From a virus: 64,000 nucleotides of DNA. How positions within the stretch are numbered: position 1 is the stretch's first letter; every line of letters begins with the position of its first letter. The DNA lies in IMG/VR virus record IMGVR_UViG_3300042860_001108, positions 3,176 to 67,175 of that record; one strand, given 5' to 3'. Under the pieces are notes generated by a model. That model did no database searches and had not been told where the DNA came from. It was given only the letters and a program-made list of their open reading frames with translations. Shown one piece after another: positions 1-8,438 of this stretch. The translations under genes were made by a program, and so were the position numbers.

Positions 1-342
1 GCCAAGCCCCGCAAGCTGATCGTTCCTCCGCAACTCCAGTTCGTTGCTACTCGTCTGTTGGAAACCAGCCTGCGCGTTGGCACCACCGACAACGACATCA
101 ACGCGCTGAAGAACAACGGTTCGATCCCGGAAGGCTACACGAAAAACCACTTCTTGACCGACACCAATGCGTGGTTCCTGACCACCGATGTGCCCAACGG
201 TCTGAAGCACTTCGTCCGCGTGCCTTTGGCTACTTCAATGGACCAAGATTTCGACACCGGGAACAACAGGTACAAGGCGCGAGAGCGGTATTCGTTCGGC
301 GTCTCTGATCCCCTGGGAATGTTTGCAAGTCCTGGGGCTTGA
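1..342 (+). CDS. Major capsid protein, C-terminal part (Mu gpT-like), 5' truncated
   Basis: Frame open from base 1 (AKPRKLIVPPQLQF...NHFLTDTNAWFL...DFDTGN.RYKARERYSFG.SDP.G..ASPGA*), a typical gpT-like capsid C-terminus. Confidence 0.9.
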   Translation, partial: AKPRKLIVPPQLQFVATRLLETSLRVGTTDNDINALKNNGSIPEGYTKNHFLTDTNAWFLTTDVPNGLKHFVRVPLATSMDQDFDTGNNRYKARERYSFGVSDPLGMFASPGA

Positions 343-367
343 CACCTCACGGATTCCAGACTACGAT
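339..367 (+). promoter_or_regulatory. Sigma70-like promoter for the endonuclease gene
   Basis: TTGACA (339-344, overlaps the capsid TGA), 17-bp spacer, TACGAT (362-367). Confidence 0.7.
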
Positions 368-391
368 ACCTCCTTCACTGGGGGTGTCGTA
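362..391 (+). promoter_or_regulatory. RBS-sequestering hairpin upstream of the endonuclease
   Basis: TACGATACCTCC-ttcact-GGGGGTGTCGTA: 12-bp stem (2 G-U pairs) covering the SD-like GGGGGTG and the A of the ATG at 391. Confidence 0.7.
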
Positions 392-1224
392 TGGAATGCA
401 AATCGGCGGGGTGCGGCAACAAGATTTTTTCTAGATTGTTGTGCCGTAAGCACTATGAAAGGGAGCGGCTGGAGACGGCTGCTCCCTGTTCTGTTTCTGG
501 ATGTGACAAAAAAACGTACCGTGGAGACTTGTGCATTACGCACTATCGTCTTTACATACTTTCACAACGCAAAGAATGTGTCGTGCCTGGATGTACAAAC
601 CCGCAAAAAAACGTCACATTGGGTCTGTGCGGCAAGCATGAATCTAGAACAAGGTCGCATGCATCGTTAGATGCCCTACGCCCAAATGATTGGGGCGCAA
701 GAGAAAAGCATCCGCTTTACAAAATTTGGACATGGCACAAGCGCGTAAAAGACGGTTTATGCTCAGAGTGGAAAGCGGACTTTTGGGCTTTTGTTGAAGC
801 TGTTGGTGAACGACCAGATGGGTATACGCTACGACGCGAAGATACCTCTAGACCTCTTGGTAACGGTAATTGGTATTGGAAACAGCCCATTAAGTCTGAA
901 AGTGCTGCAGATTACCAACGTCAATGGCGCAATAACAATCCAGACAAAGCCAAAAGTAACGAGCTAAAAAAGATGTTTGGCATAACGCTTGAGGAGTACG
1001 AAGCGTTATTGACCGCGCAAAACGGGGTTTGTGCAATATGTAGTGGAAAAGAAACTACCAAAAACAAAGATGGTGCTCCAAGACGTATGCCGGTAGATCA
1101 TTGCCACAAAACCGGGCGCATCCGAGGTTTGTTGTGTACACAATGCAACCGTGGTTTAGGGATGTTTGGTGATGCGCGTGATCGGCTTCTGTCCGCCGCA
1201 AAATACTTGGAGAAGTGGGCTTGA
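391..1224 (+). CDS. Free-standing endonuclease VII-family (His-Me) homing endonuclease with N-terminal Cys/His repeats
   Basis: C-terminal GITLEEY..L...QNGVCAIC...VDHCHKTGRIRGLLCTQCNRGLG motif; three C-x4-C...LC..H repeats at the N-terminus; looks AT-richer than its neighbours. Confidence 0.88.
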   Translation: MECKSAGCGNKIFSRLLCRKHYERERLETAAPCSVSGCDKKTYRGDLCITHYRLYILSQRKECVVPGCTNPQKNVTLGLCGKHESRTRSHASLDALRPNDWGAREKHPLYKIWTWHKRVKDGLCSEWKADFWAFVEAVGERPDGYTLRREDTSRPLGNGNWYWKQPIKSESAADYQRQWRNNNPDKAKSNELKKMFGITLEEYEALLTAQNGVCAICSGKETTKNKDGAPRRMPVDHCHKTGRIRGLLCTQCNRGLGMFGDARDRLLSAAKYLEKWA

Positions 1225-1249
1225 CCCCGCCCCGACTCTATGCTACCCT
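1221..1249 (+). promoter_or_regulatory. Sigma70-like promoter with extended -10
   Basis: TTGACC (1221-1226, overlaps the endonuclease TGA), 17 bp, TACCCT (1244-1249) preceded by TGn. Confidence 0.6.
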
Positions 1250-1255
1250 CTTGTA

Positions 1256-1320
1256 AACCGAGCTTCACCACAGCCCGCCGACTGACTCGGCAGACTTCTC
1301 CTCAGAGACGACGGGCGCAG
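1256..1320 (+). ncRNA. Structured RNA, candidate Mu-gpT-DE motif (pseudoknot)
   Basis: CCGAG(1258-62)/CTCGG(1286-90) crosses GCCCGcCG(1273-80)/CGaCGGGC(1309-16); core ACTGAC....GCAGAC; lies downstream of a gpT-like gene. Confidence 0.6.
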
Positions 1321-1336
1321 ATTTGAGGAATAAGCC

Positions 1337-1831
1337 ATGAGCTTCTCGACCTTCTCTGGCCCTGTACGCATGGGCACTCAGCGCTACGGCTCCGCGACCA
1401 ACACCGGCCTGCCGGTTCTGACGCAATCAGCCAACGTCGCCTCCTCGGTGATGCTCCAGACCCCTGCGGCGCAGAATCTGTTTACGCTGCCTGCTGGGTC
1501 CAAGATCCTGCGTTTCACGGTTGAGAAGACCACCGCCATCTCTGGCGGTTCGGTTTCTGCTGTGGCCGTGACGTTCGGCAATTCATCGTCTGCCACCGCA
1601 TACCAGACTTCTGCTGCAATTGGTCTGACGACTGCTCAAGCAGTTCGCGCTACGCTGGACGCTGCGCTGGTTTCCTCGGCTACCAACAACATTGGCACTT
1701 CTGATGTGGTTGTGACGGGTACGTTTACCGCTACGGGCGGTGACCCTACCGCTGGTGCTGCTGTGGTGACGATTGAGTACATCCAGCGTGCTGACAACGG
1801 CGCACAAGCTCCGACCGTGTTCCAGAACTGA
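1337..1831 (+). CDS. Putative virion structural (head decoration-like) protein
   Basis: STFSGPVR N-terminus, Thr/Ser/Ala-rich, GAGG RBS, follows the capsid gene. Confidence 0.65.
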   Translation: MSFSTFSGPVRMGTQRYGSATNTGLPVLTQSANVASSVMLQTPAAQNLFTLPAGSKILRFTVEKTTAISGGSVSAVAVTFGNSSSATAYQTSAAIGLTTAQAVRATLDAALVSSATNNIGTSDVVVTGTFTATGGDPTAGAAVVTIEYIQRADNGAQAPTVFQN

Positions 1832-1835
1832 TGAC

Positions 1836-1851
1836 GGGGGCTTCGGCCCCC
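1836..1851 (+). other. cUUCGg tetraloop hairpin without U-tract
   Basis: GGGGG-CTTCGG-CCCCC between genes. Confidence 0.55.
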
Positions 1852-1865
1852 AGTAAGGAGTCGGC

Positions 1866-2201
1866 ATGCGTCCAGTAGTTGTAAGCGTAGGTGCAGCGGG
1901 ATCATCTACGGTGGTCCCACTGGATCACTATAAGCAGCCGTTCAATGTGGGTGTGGGCGTAGTTTTGTCTGCGGGCGCTACGATGACCTACACGGTAGAG
2001 CACACTTTCAGTGATCCGTTTGACAGTGGCTTTTCTGCAGCGACGGCAACGTGGTTCCCCAATACGGGCTTGAGCGCCAAGACGGCATCGTCTGACGGAA
2101 ACTATGCGTATCCTGTCAGGGCGGTGCGCCTGACGATCACCGCGTATACGTCGGGTACTGCAACCATGACGCTGATTCAAGCAGGTATGCCTGGAAGGTA
2201 A
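1866..2201 (+). CDS. Hypothetical virion protein
   Basis: AAGGAG RBS, beta-rich composition. Confidence 0.65.
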   Translation: MRPVVVSVGAAGSSTVVPLDHYKQPFNVGVGVVLSAGATMTYTVEHTFSDPFDSGFSAATATWFPNTGLSAKTASSDGNYAYPVRAVRLTITAYTSGTATMTLIQAGMPGR

Positions 2202-2204
2202 ACT

Positions 2205-2723
2205 ATGACCATTAGCATTGGTGAACTGCGAAAGTTCCAAGATACGTGGGGGCCGGTCATTGCGACTATCCCTGCGGTCATCAACATGGTTGAGAAGGAA
2301 GCAGACCTTAACCGTGCTTTGGTGACGAAGCGGCAAGAGTTTGAGGCTGCTGAGAAAAGCATTGCCTCGGCTTTTGAAGAAGCGGACAAGCGGCTTGAGA
2401 AAATCAATCAAGAACTTGAAGCGGTTTCCAAAGAGAAGCAGGCTTTGAGGGAAGAGATTGAAGCGTCTCGCACAAAATTTGCCGAGCAAGCAAGGCAGAT
2501 TGAGGCTGACCGTGATGCTTCGCTGAGTCGCATTCAGGCGGCTATTGCAGACGCCCAAGAAAAAGCAACGCAAGCCATCCAAGAAGCAGAGGCAAGTGTT
2601 GCGAAGGCACAAGCCGATGCGGCGGCTCAGAAGGCCGAGATGGAAGCGGAGATCAAAGACCTTGAGAAGCGCAAGGTTGCAGCGGAAAAGGCGTTGGATA
2701 CGCTGCGTGCAAGGCTGGGGTAA
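2205..2723 (+). CDS. Coiled-coil hypothetical protein
   Basis: E/K/A/Q-rich heptad pattern. Confidence 0.7.
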   Translation: MTISIGELRKFQDTWGPVIATIPAVINMVEKEADLNRALVTKRQEFEAAEKSIASAFEEADKRLEKINQELEAVSKEKQALREEIEASRTKFAEQARQIEADRDASLSRIQAAIADAQEKATQAIQEAEASVAKAQADAAAQKAEMEAEIKDLEKRKVAAEKALDTLRARLG

Positions 2724-2726
2724 ACC

Positions 2727-2984
2727 GTGTCGGTTTCTGGAGTAGCGCATCTATTCCCGGCAAACAGTTATTACCTCAACAATTTTGTTGATGGCGATCC
2801 GCTGTATGTTGGGAAAGTGACTGACTCCGGTGGGCGCTGGTTGGTTCAGAGGTTTAGCACGAGCACAGGTGTGATGGGGTGGGCTAACGTGTCCAACAAT
2901 CCTAGTTACACAACGTATACATCCGCATGGGCGAACAGGTTGACGCTGACATATTCGCCGTTCCAAGAACTGAGTAATGTCTAG
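2727..2984 (+). CDS. Hypothetical protein
   Basis: GTG start, tight packing between neighbours. Confidence 0.6.
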   Translation: MSVSGVAHLFPANSYYLNNFVDGDPLYVGKVTDSGGRWLVQRFSTSTGVMGWANVSNNPSYTTYTSAWANRLTLTYSPFQELSNV

Positions 2985-2993
2985 AGGTAACCA

Positions 2994-3425
2994 ATGGCAA
3001 AGTCAATAACCACTTGCAACAACCTGTTGAGGCTGATCTTCAACGCCACGGCTTGGGCGAACATGGCGGACAACGCCGCTTCGTCGCCGTACACAAATCT
3101 GTACGTTGGCTTGTATACGGCTGATCCGGGCACCGGCAACAACCAGACCACCAACGAAACCAGCTACACAAACTACACCCGGATTGCGGTGTTGCGAACG
3201 TCGGCAGGTTGGACGGTTTCAACCAATACGGCGGTCAACGCTGCGCTGATCCAGTTCCCCCAGTGCGGTGCTACGGGCGCTACGCTGACCCATGTGGCAA
3301 TTGGGACGGCTGCAAGTGGTGCGGGTAACGTGCTGTACGCTGGCGCGTTGAACAGTTCGCTGGCGGTTGCGTCAGGCATTCAACCGCAGTTCAATGCTTC
3401 GGCTCTGACCGTCACGGAGACTTGA
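2994..3425 (+). CDS. Putative tail/fibre-associated structural protein
   Basis: LYVGLYTADPG...ETSYTNYTRIAV...N.A.IQFP..THVAIGTA.SGAG.VLY.GAL pattern common in phage structural proteins. Confidence 0.7.
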   Translation: MAKSITTCNNLLRLIFNATAWANMADNAASSPYTNLYVGLYTADPGTGNNQTTNETSYTNYTRIAVLRTSAGWTVSTNTAVNAALIQFPQCGATGATLTHVAIGTAASGAGNVLYAGALNSSLAVASGIQPQFNASALTVTET

Positions 3426-3596
3426 ATGGACCAGCCCAATCTTGCCAAGGGCGAGTTGCCCAAGTATTTGTGCGCTCAGTGCAATGAGCCGGTGTTTCTT
3501 GTGCAGCACATCGTCTACAAGCCCTGCGGGCACAAGGACGCGCCGGTCTTGGCTAACATGGAAGCTGCTTTGCGTGGCACCAGCGCGGTAACGTAA
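3426..3596 (+). CDS. Small CxxC protein (56 aa, not in the ORF track)
   Basis: MDQPNLAKGELPKYLCAQCNEPVFLVQHIVYKPCGHK... fills the gap between neighbours exactly. Confidence 0.55.
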   Translation: MDQPNLAKGELPKYLCAQCNEPVFLVQHIVYKPCGHKDAPVLANMEAALRGTSAVT

Positions 3597-4478
3597 ATGG
3601 CTATCAACTCGTTCAAAGATTTGGTTGACGCCGAACAGAACGGGCAGACGTTTTTTGGCGGCTTTCGTAAGGCAATCAACCAGACCACAGGTGCTGGCGC
3701 TTGGTTTGATGTGACTTTGAGCCCTGGTAATCCGCTTCCTTTTTACTACGCCTCTACGCCACTTGTTGGCGCTCCAATTGGGCAAGCAGCAAATGGCGGG
3801 ATACCGCACAACCCTCCTGTAGCAAGTTTGGGGTACAAGACATACTTAAAAACACTGACAGTAGTCCCAATATCAATAACAGGTGTGGCAACGGGTCCGA
3901 TGATCCTGATGGATTACCTGTTCTATTACCCGTTTGTAGACACAGGTATTACTGACGAACAGGTGCTTGACAACACGGCAAGTTTGACACGCTATACGGA
4001 TGGGCAAGGCGTGAGTGTCATGGCGGTTCAGTTGGCAGGTATGCTGGGTATTGGGGGTCCAACATTCCGGTTTACATACATCAATCAGAGCGGTGTGCTT
4101 CAAACATCGCCCACACAAACTTGTGGGTCAGCGACCATTACTGGCGCATTGGTAACCGGCAACAACTCATCGGCTGCACGACTAAACAGTAACTACCCAT
4201 TTCTTACTCTGGCTCCAGGGGATACAGGGATCAGAAGTGTTCAGAGCGTAACATTTGATGCCCCTGACATTGGCCTGCTCGCTTTTGTGCTGGTCAAGCC
4301 GCTAGAGCAGATCATTTTGCGTGAGGTTGCGCAAGCAGGTGAGCGCACCCCCGCCATAGATTTTTTTGATTTGCCAGTGATTGCAGACAATGCTTATCTG
4401 TCAATATTGCTGAACACTGGGCAATCCGCTTCAAGCCAAGCCTCATACATAGGCACAATTCAAACCGTTTGGGGGTAA
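3597..4478 (+). CDS. Putative virion structural protein (paralogue of the next gene)
   Basis: Shares AGxWxD, LxRYxxGxG and PFLxLAxGDTGIxSVQS motifs and a terminal WG with 4482..5603. Confidence 0.7.
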   Translation: MAINSFKDLVDAEQNGQTFFGGFRKAINQTTGAGAWFDVTLSPGNPLPFYYASTPLVGAPIGQAANGGIPHNPPVASLGYKTYLKTLTVVPISITGVATGPMILMDYLFYYPFVDTGITDEQVLDNTASLTRYTDGQGVSVMAVQLAGMLGIGGPTFRFTYINQSGVLQTSPTQTCGSATITGALVTGNNSSAARLNSNYPFLTLAPGDTGIRSVQSVTFDAPDIGLLAFVLVKPLEQIILREVAQAGERTPAIDFFDLPVIADNAYLSILLNTGQSASSQASYIGTIQTVWG

Positions 4479-4481
4479 AGC

Positions 4482-5603
4482 ATGCCGCTGCAGTCAATGG
4501 ATCAAATCATCTCTGCGATCACCGCAGGGCAGTTCAACCGCACGGATTGGAACAAAAACGCGCTGCCAACAACCGCGCAAACGGCAGGTGTTTGGTATGA
4601 CCTCTCAGTCGGCGCAGGCAATCCGTTTCAGAACTCGACGCACGGGTCTACGACGAACCTAGCGTTCCAATCGCTGTCTGATACCACGACCACAACTGCC
4701 ACAACGGCGGCGACAAGCGGCAGCATCTCGGGCACCACGTTCACCGACACCACGCACGGCACGGGTCGATTCACAATTGGCATGCGGTTGACCGGCACAG
4801 GTGTTTCGGCGGGCACGTTTATCACCGCGCTGGGTACGGGCACAGGCGCAAACAACGGCGGTACTTACACCGTCAGCGTTTCTCAGACGGTTACTTCGCA
4901 GACCATCACAGGCACCTCTGCCACCAACGGTTTGTACACGGGGGGCGATGTCTCGCCGTCTGTCAAGAACATCCTGAACATATCGGCCTACTCAGCCGCA
5001 GCGACCAGCTCACCCGCCGTTCTGATGCTGATAGATCAGGTGGCGATGTTTACCATTTCTTCTGTCACTACAACAGGCGCTCAGTCGTTTACGGGTACAC
5101 AGACGCTGCCACGTTATGCAACGGGTGCGGGCCTACAGGCGTATATCGTGCCCTCTGTTGTGATGGGTGCTGGCACGCCGACAATCCAGCTTAACTACAC
5201 AAACGTGGGGAGTACATCAGGTCGATTGACTCCTGCAAGCCCGGTTTTGCCAACTGCCACCACCACATCTCCGGTGGGGTCGGTCATCTATTCCGGTACG
5301 GGCGCGGGCAAGTACGGACCGTTCCTCCCCCTTGCGGCGGGTGACACGGGCATTTTGTCAGTCCAGTCTATCAACCTGTCCGCCACAATGACGTCGGGTT
5401 GTTTGGTTCTTGTACTGTGTAAACCTTTGTTGACGATACCGTTGACGACGGTTGGTGTGGCGTCGGAGCGCGACTTAGTGAATCAGTTGCCGTCAATGCC
5501 GAGAATTTTTGACGGTGCAAATTTGCAGTGGTTGATGTACGCAGGCGCAGCTACTCCTGTCAACACCGCCTACTACGGCAGCATTGATGTAGCCTGGGGC
5601 TAA
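4482..5603 (+). CDS. Putative virion structural protein with Thr/Gly-rich insert
   Basis: Paralogue of 3597..4478 plus a GSISGTT...GTGTG..GTYTVS insert. Confidence 0.7.
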   Translation: MPLQSMDQIISAITAGQFNRTDWNKNALPTTAQTAGVWYDLSVGAGNPFQNSTHGSTTNLAFQSLSDTTTTTATTAATSGSISGTTFTDTTHGTGRFTIGMRLTGTGVSAGTFITALGTGTGANNGGTYTVSVSQTVTSQTITGTSATNGLYTGGDVSPSVKNILNISAYSAAATSSPAVLMLIDQVAMFTISSVTTTGAQSFTGTQTLPRYATGAGLQAYIVPSVVMGAGTPTIQLNYTNVGSTSGRLTPASPVLPTATTTSPVGSVIYSGTGAGKYGPFLPLAAGDTGILSVQSINLSATMTSGCLVLVLCKPLLTIPLTTVGVASERDLVNQLPSMPRIFDGANLQWLMYAGAATPVNTAYYGSIDVAWG

Positions 5604-5604
5604 C

Positions 5605-6396
5605 ATGGCTCTGATCGGCAATTACTCCGTCTACGACAAGCTGCCGCTGAAGTACGGCGGCGGGTCCAGCGCTATCACGGCTATTCAGTCAGGTAACCGG
5701 GGTAATTTTTCTCAATCAGGTCGTGTGCGTAGCCGCATGATGCAGGACCAGACCACCACGGCGCTGGAGTACTACGCGCTGCCGAACGGGGCCTACCCCA
5801 GCCTGACATGGTTTATCCCACAACAAGCTGGTCAGATCGGAGCAAGCAACCAGATCTATGGCTTGGGAAGCATCGTCGCCGATCTGGCGGGGGGCAGAAA
5901 CGCTACTGCGGATCTGACGGGATCAGGCACGGTCACCAATGCGTTCCTGTCGCTGATTGCCGACCTGATTGCGTCGTTGACTGGCGCGGGCGACATTTCG
6001 CCCCCACCAAATTTGCTGGCGCTGCTAAATCTATCTGGCGATCTGACGGGCGCTGGTGCCATCACCGCCGTGCTGAATGCGTTTGCTTCTGTACAAGCAG
6101 ATCTGTCAGGCACAGGCACGCTAACGCTCGTCCCCTACGCCACTGGAGAGTTGTCGGCTGACATCACGGGCGAGTCTGTGCTGTCCCCGCAAAATTTGGC
6201 AGCGGCAGTGTGGCAAGCCCTGGCAGCGCAGTACAACGACAGTGGCACGATGGGCAACAAGTTGAACCTTGCAGCATCTGGCGGAGTAGACTACGATACG
6301 CTTGCGCAAGCTGTGTGGACCTATGTGAGCCGCACGCTAACCTCGGGCAGCAATGACTGCCTGACCCTCCCCCAGTTCCTGGCTCTGAAGGACTGA
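5605..6396 (+). CDS. Putative structural protein with ADLTGxG repeats
   Basis: Repeated (A/G)DL(T/S)GxG units and AxAVW motifs. Confidence 0.65.
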   Translation: MALIGNYSVYDKLPLKYGGGSSAITAIQSGNRGNFSQSGRVRSRMMQDQTTTALEYYALPNGAYPSLTWFIPQQAGQIGASNQIYGLGSIVADLAGGRNATADLTGSGTVTNAFLSLIADLIASLTGAGDISPPPNLLALLNLSGDLTGAGAITAVLNAFASVQADLSGTGTLTLVPYATGELSADITGESVLSPQNLAAAVWQALAAQYNDSGTMGNKLNLAASGGVDYDTLAQAVWTYVSRTLTSGSNDCLTLPQFLALKD

Positions 6397-6653
6397 TGAT
6401 GGCTAAGTCGCCTGCTTGGACCCGCAAAGAAGGCAAAGCCGAGGCTGGCGGCCTCAACGCCAAAGGCCGAGCCTCCTACAACAAGGCTAACCCCGGCAAG
6501 CCTGGGCTCAAAGCCCCGCAGCCCGAAGGTGGCCCGCGCAAGAAGTCATTCTGCGCCCGGATGTCAGGGATGAAGGCCAAACTTACCAGCGAGAAGACGG
6601 CCAAAGATCCGAACTCTCGTATCAATAAAAGCCTGAGGGCGTGGAACTGTTAA
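6396..6653 (+). CDS. Small basic conserved phage protein
   Basis: SPAWTRKEGK...GGLNAKGRASY...RKKSFCARM.GMK...DPNSRINKSLRAWNC. Confidence 0.75.
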   Translation: MMAKSPAWTRKEGKAEAGGLNAKGRASYNKANPGKPGLKAPQPEGGPRKKSFCARMSGMKAKLTSEKTAKDPNSRINKSLRAWNC

Positions 6654-6654
6654 C

Positions 6655-6831
6655 ATGAAACACGAAGTTTCTGAAAGCACAAAACATGCTGTTGACGCCC
6701 TATCAGTCGTTACAGTGGTTGGCACGCTCGTGGAATTTTTACCTGCTGTTGCAGCAATCTTTACGATTGTGTGGACCGCAATTCGCATCTGGGAGACAGA
6801 AACAGTTCGCGGATGGCGAGGAAAGAAGTAA
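6655..6831 (+). CDS. Small membrane protein (58 aa, possibly holin-like; not in the ORF track)
   Basis: MKHEVSESTKHAVDALSVVTVVGTLVEFLPAVAAIFTIVWTAIRIWETETVRGWRGKK; TAATG overlap with the next gene. Confidence 0.65.
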   Translation: MKHEVSESTKHAVDALSVVTVVGTLVEFLPAVAAIFTIVWTAIRIWETETVRGWRGKK

Positions 6832-7136
6832 TGCCTGTCCAGTCTGAAAAACAGCGCAGGTTTATGTATGCTTCACTTGCAGGCAAGACAGATGTCTCAC
6901 CCAGCGTAGCGAAGAAGTTTGTTGGTCCCAAAGCACATGCCGAAGGAGGCAGTATGAAAGAGTCCAAGGAAATGATGAAGAAGGAAGTGGCCTTCATGAA
7001 GAAGAAGGGCGCTCCGAAGTCCATGATCAAGCACGAGATGAAGGAAGCCAAGGGTTACGCCAAGGGCGGCGGCATTGAGTCCAAGGGTAAAAAACCCGCC
7101 AAGATAGTCAAGATGATGGGCGGCGGTAAGTGCTGA
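6831..7136 (+). CDS. Small basic protein with AxGG motifs
   Basis: Start at MPVQSEKQ (TAATG coupling); HAEGG and YAKGG. Confidence 0.65.
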   Translation: MPVQSEKQRRFMYASLAGKTDVSPSVAKKFVGPKAHAEGGSMKESKEMMKKEVAFMKKKGAPKSMIKHEMKEAKGYAKGGGIESKGKKPAKIVKMMGGGKC

Positions 7137-7146
7137 GGAGCCTGAG

Positions 7147-7500
7147 ATGCCATTACCAGTAATTGCTCGGGCAGTAGCTTCTAAACTTGCCAAAGATGCC
7201 GCAAAAAACACGGCAAAACAGACCGCGAAAGAAGCGGCAGAAACATCTGCTCAGCAAGCAGCAAAAGAAACTGCAAAATTTCCGGGGCAGCGTTTAACGG
7301 GAACGCGAGCAGCAAAAGACACAAAAGAGCCAACGGAATACACGCCAGAATTGTCTGGTCGTATGCGTTATCGTCAACCAAGGGAAGATGAGTTTTTTGA
7401 AACTCGCACTCCTCGCATGAGTGATGATTACAAAAAAGGCGGCAAAGTTCGTGGCGGCGGCTGTGAGCGGCAGGGCAAGACTAGGGGAAAATTTGTATGA
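7147..7500 (+). CDS. Small basic protein with YKKGG motif
   Basis: GAGGAG RBS; ends RG.GC..QGKTRGKFV. Confidence 0.65.
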   Translation: MPLPVIARAVASKLAKDAAKNTAKQTAKEAAETSAQQAAKETAKFPGQRLTGTRAAKDTKEPTEYTPELSGRMRYRQPREDEFFETRTPRMSDDYKKGGKVRGGGCERQGKTRGKFV

Positions 7501-7724
7501 GGCCGAGCCGTGGCATGGGTGACATTCGACCTGAACTGAAGAAGCGCCGTGACAACACCAACTTTAAGCAGTACGCCGAAGGTGGTGAGGTCGGGCTCTA
7601 TGCCAACATCAACGCCAAGCGCAAGCGGATTGCCGCTGGATCGGGTGAAACCATGCGCAAGCCGGGTTCTCCCGGCGCTCCTACTGCCAAAGCCTTCAAG
7701 CGTTCTGCGCTGACAGCAAAGTAA
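7497..7724 (+). CDS. Small basic protein with YAEGG motif
   Basis: MRPSRGMG...GLYANINAKRKRIAAGSGE.MRKPG. Confidence 0.7.
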   Translation: MRPSRGMGDIRPELKKRRDNTNFKQYAEGGEVGLYANINAKRKRIAAGSGETMRKPGSPGAPTAKAFKRSALTAK

Positions 7725-7727
7725 GCC

Positions 7728-8423
7728 ATGACAACATCCGGCACCGCTACGTTTAATTTAGATTTGGCAGAGTACGTTGAAGAAGCCTTTGAGCGCTGTG
7801 GTGCTGAGTTGCGCACGGGCTATGACCTGAAGACTGCACGGCGTAGCCTAAATCTGCTGTTTGCAGATTGGTCGAATCGCGGCATAAACATGTGGACCAT
7901 TGAGCAGGGTACACAAGTCCTGACCGCTGGCACCAATACCTACACGCTGCCCGCCGATACGGTGGATCTGATTGAGCATGTGATTCGTACGGGCGCGGGA
8001 AATGTTTCCACACAGACTGATCTGACCATCACGCGCATCAGCGTTTCTACCTACTCGTCCATCCCGAACAAGCTGCAGCAGGCAAGGCCGATCCAAATCT
8101 GGATCAACCGCCAAGCAGCAGCGCCGCAGTTCACCGTGTGGCCCACGCCTGACAATTCTCAGACGTACACGCTCGTCTACTGGCGCTTGCGCAGGATTCA
8201 AGACGCTGGTGCGGGCGGGACGTACACACAAGATGTACCGTTTAGGTTCATCCCCGCTTTGGTGTCCGGCCTTGCCTACTATCTGTCCATGAAGATCCCC
8301 GGTGCGATGGAGCGTATGCAGGTGCTAAAGGCGCAATATGATGAGGACTGGGATCTTGCCTCGACGGAAGACAGAGACCGCAGTGCAGTACGTTTTGTCC
8401 CAAGGCAGATGTTCATAAGTTGA
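7728..8423 (+). CDS. Putative head-tail adaptor / tail tubular protein
   Basis: EEAFERCG...ARRSLNLLFADW.NRG.N.WT...P.RF.PALV.GLAYYL pattern; position in the late module. Confidence 0.65.
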   Translation: MTTSGTATFNLDLAEYVEEAFERCGAELRTGYDLKTARRSLNLLFADWSNRGINMWTIEQGTQVLTAGTNTYTLPADTVDLIEHVIRTGAGNVSTQTDLTITRISVSTYSSIPNKLQQARPIQIWINRQAAAPQFTVWPTPDNSQTYTLVYWRLRRIQDAGAGGTYTQDVPFRFIPALVSGLAYYLSMKIPGAMERMQVLKAQYDEDWDLASTEDRDRSAVRFVPRQMFIS

Positions 8424-8438
8424 TCATGGAGGTTTAAA

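Noticed and set aside
343-1336. Group I intron interrupting the capsid gene
   Set aside because: The capsid ORF ends with a normal C-terminus and stop before the insert, and no second exon or intron core is visible
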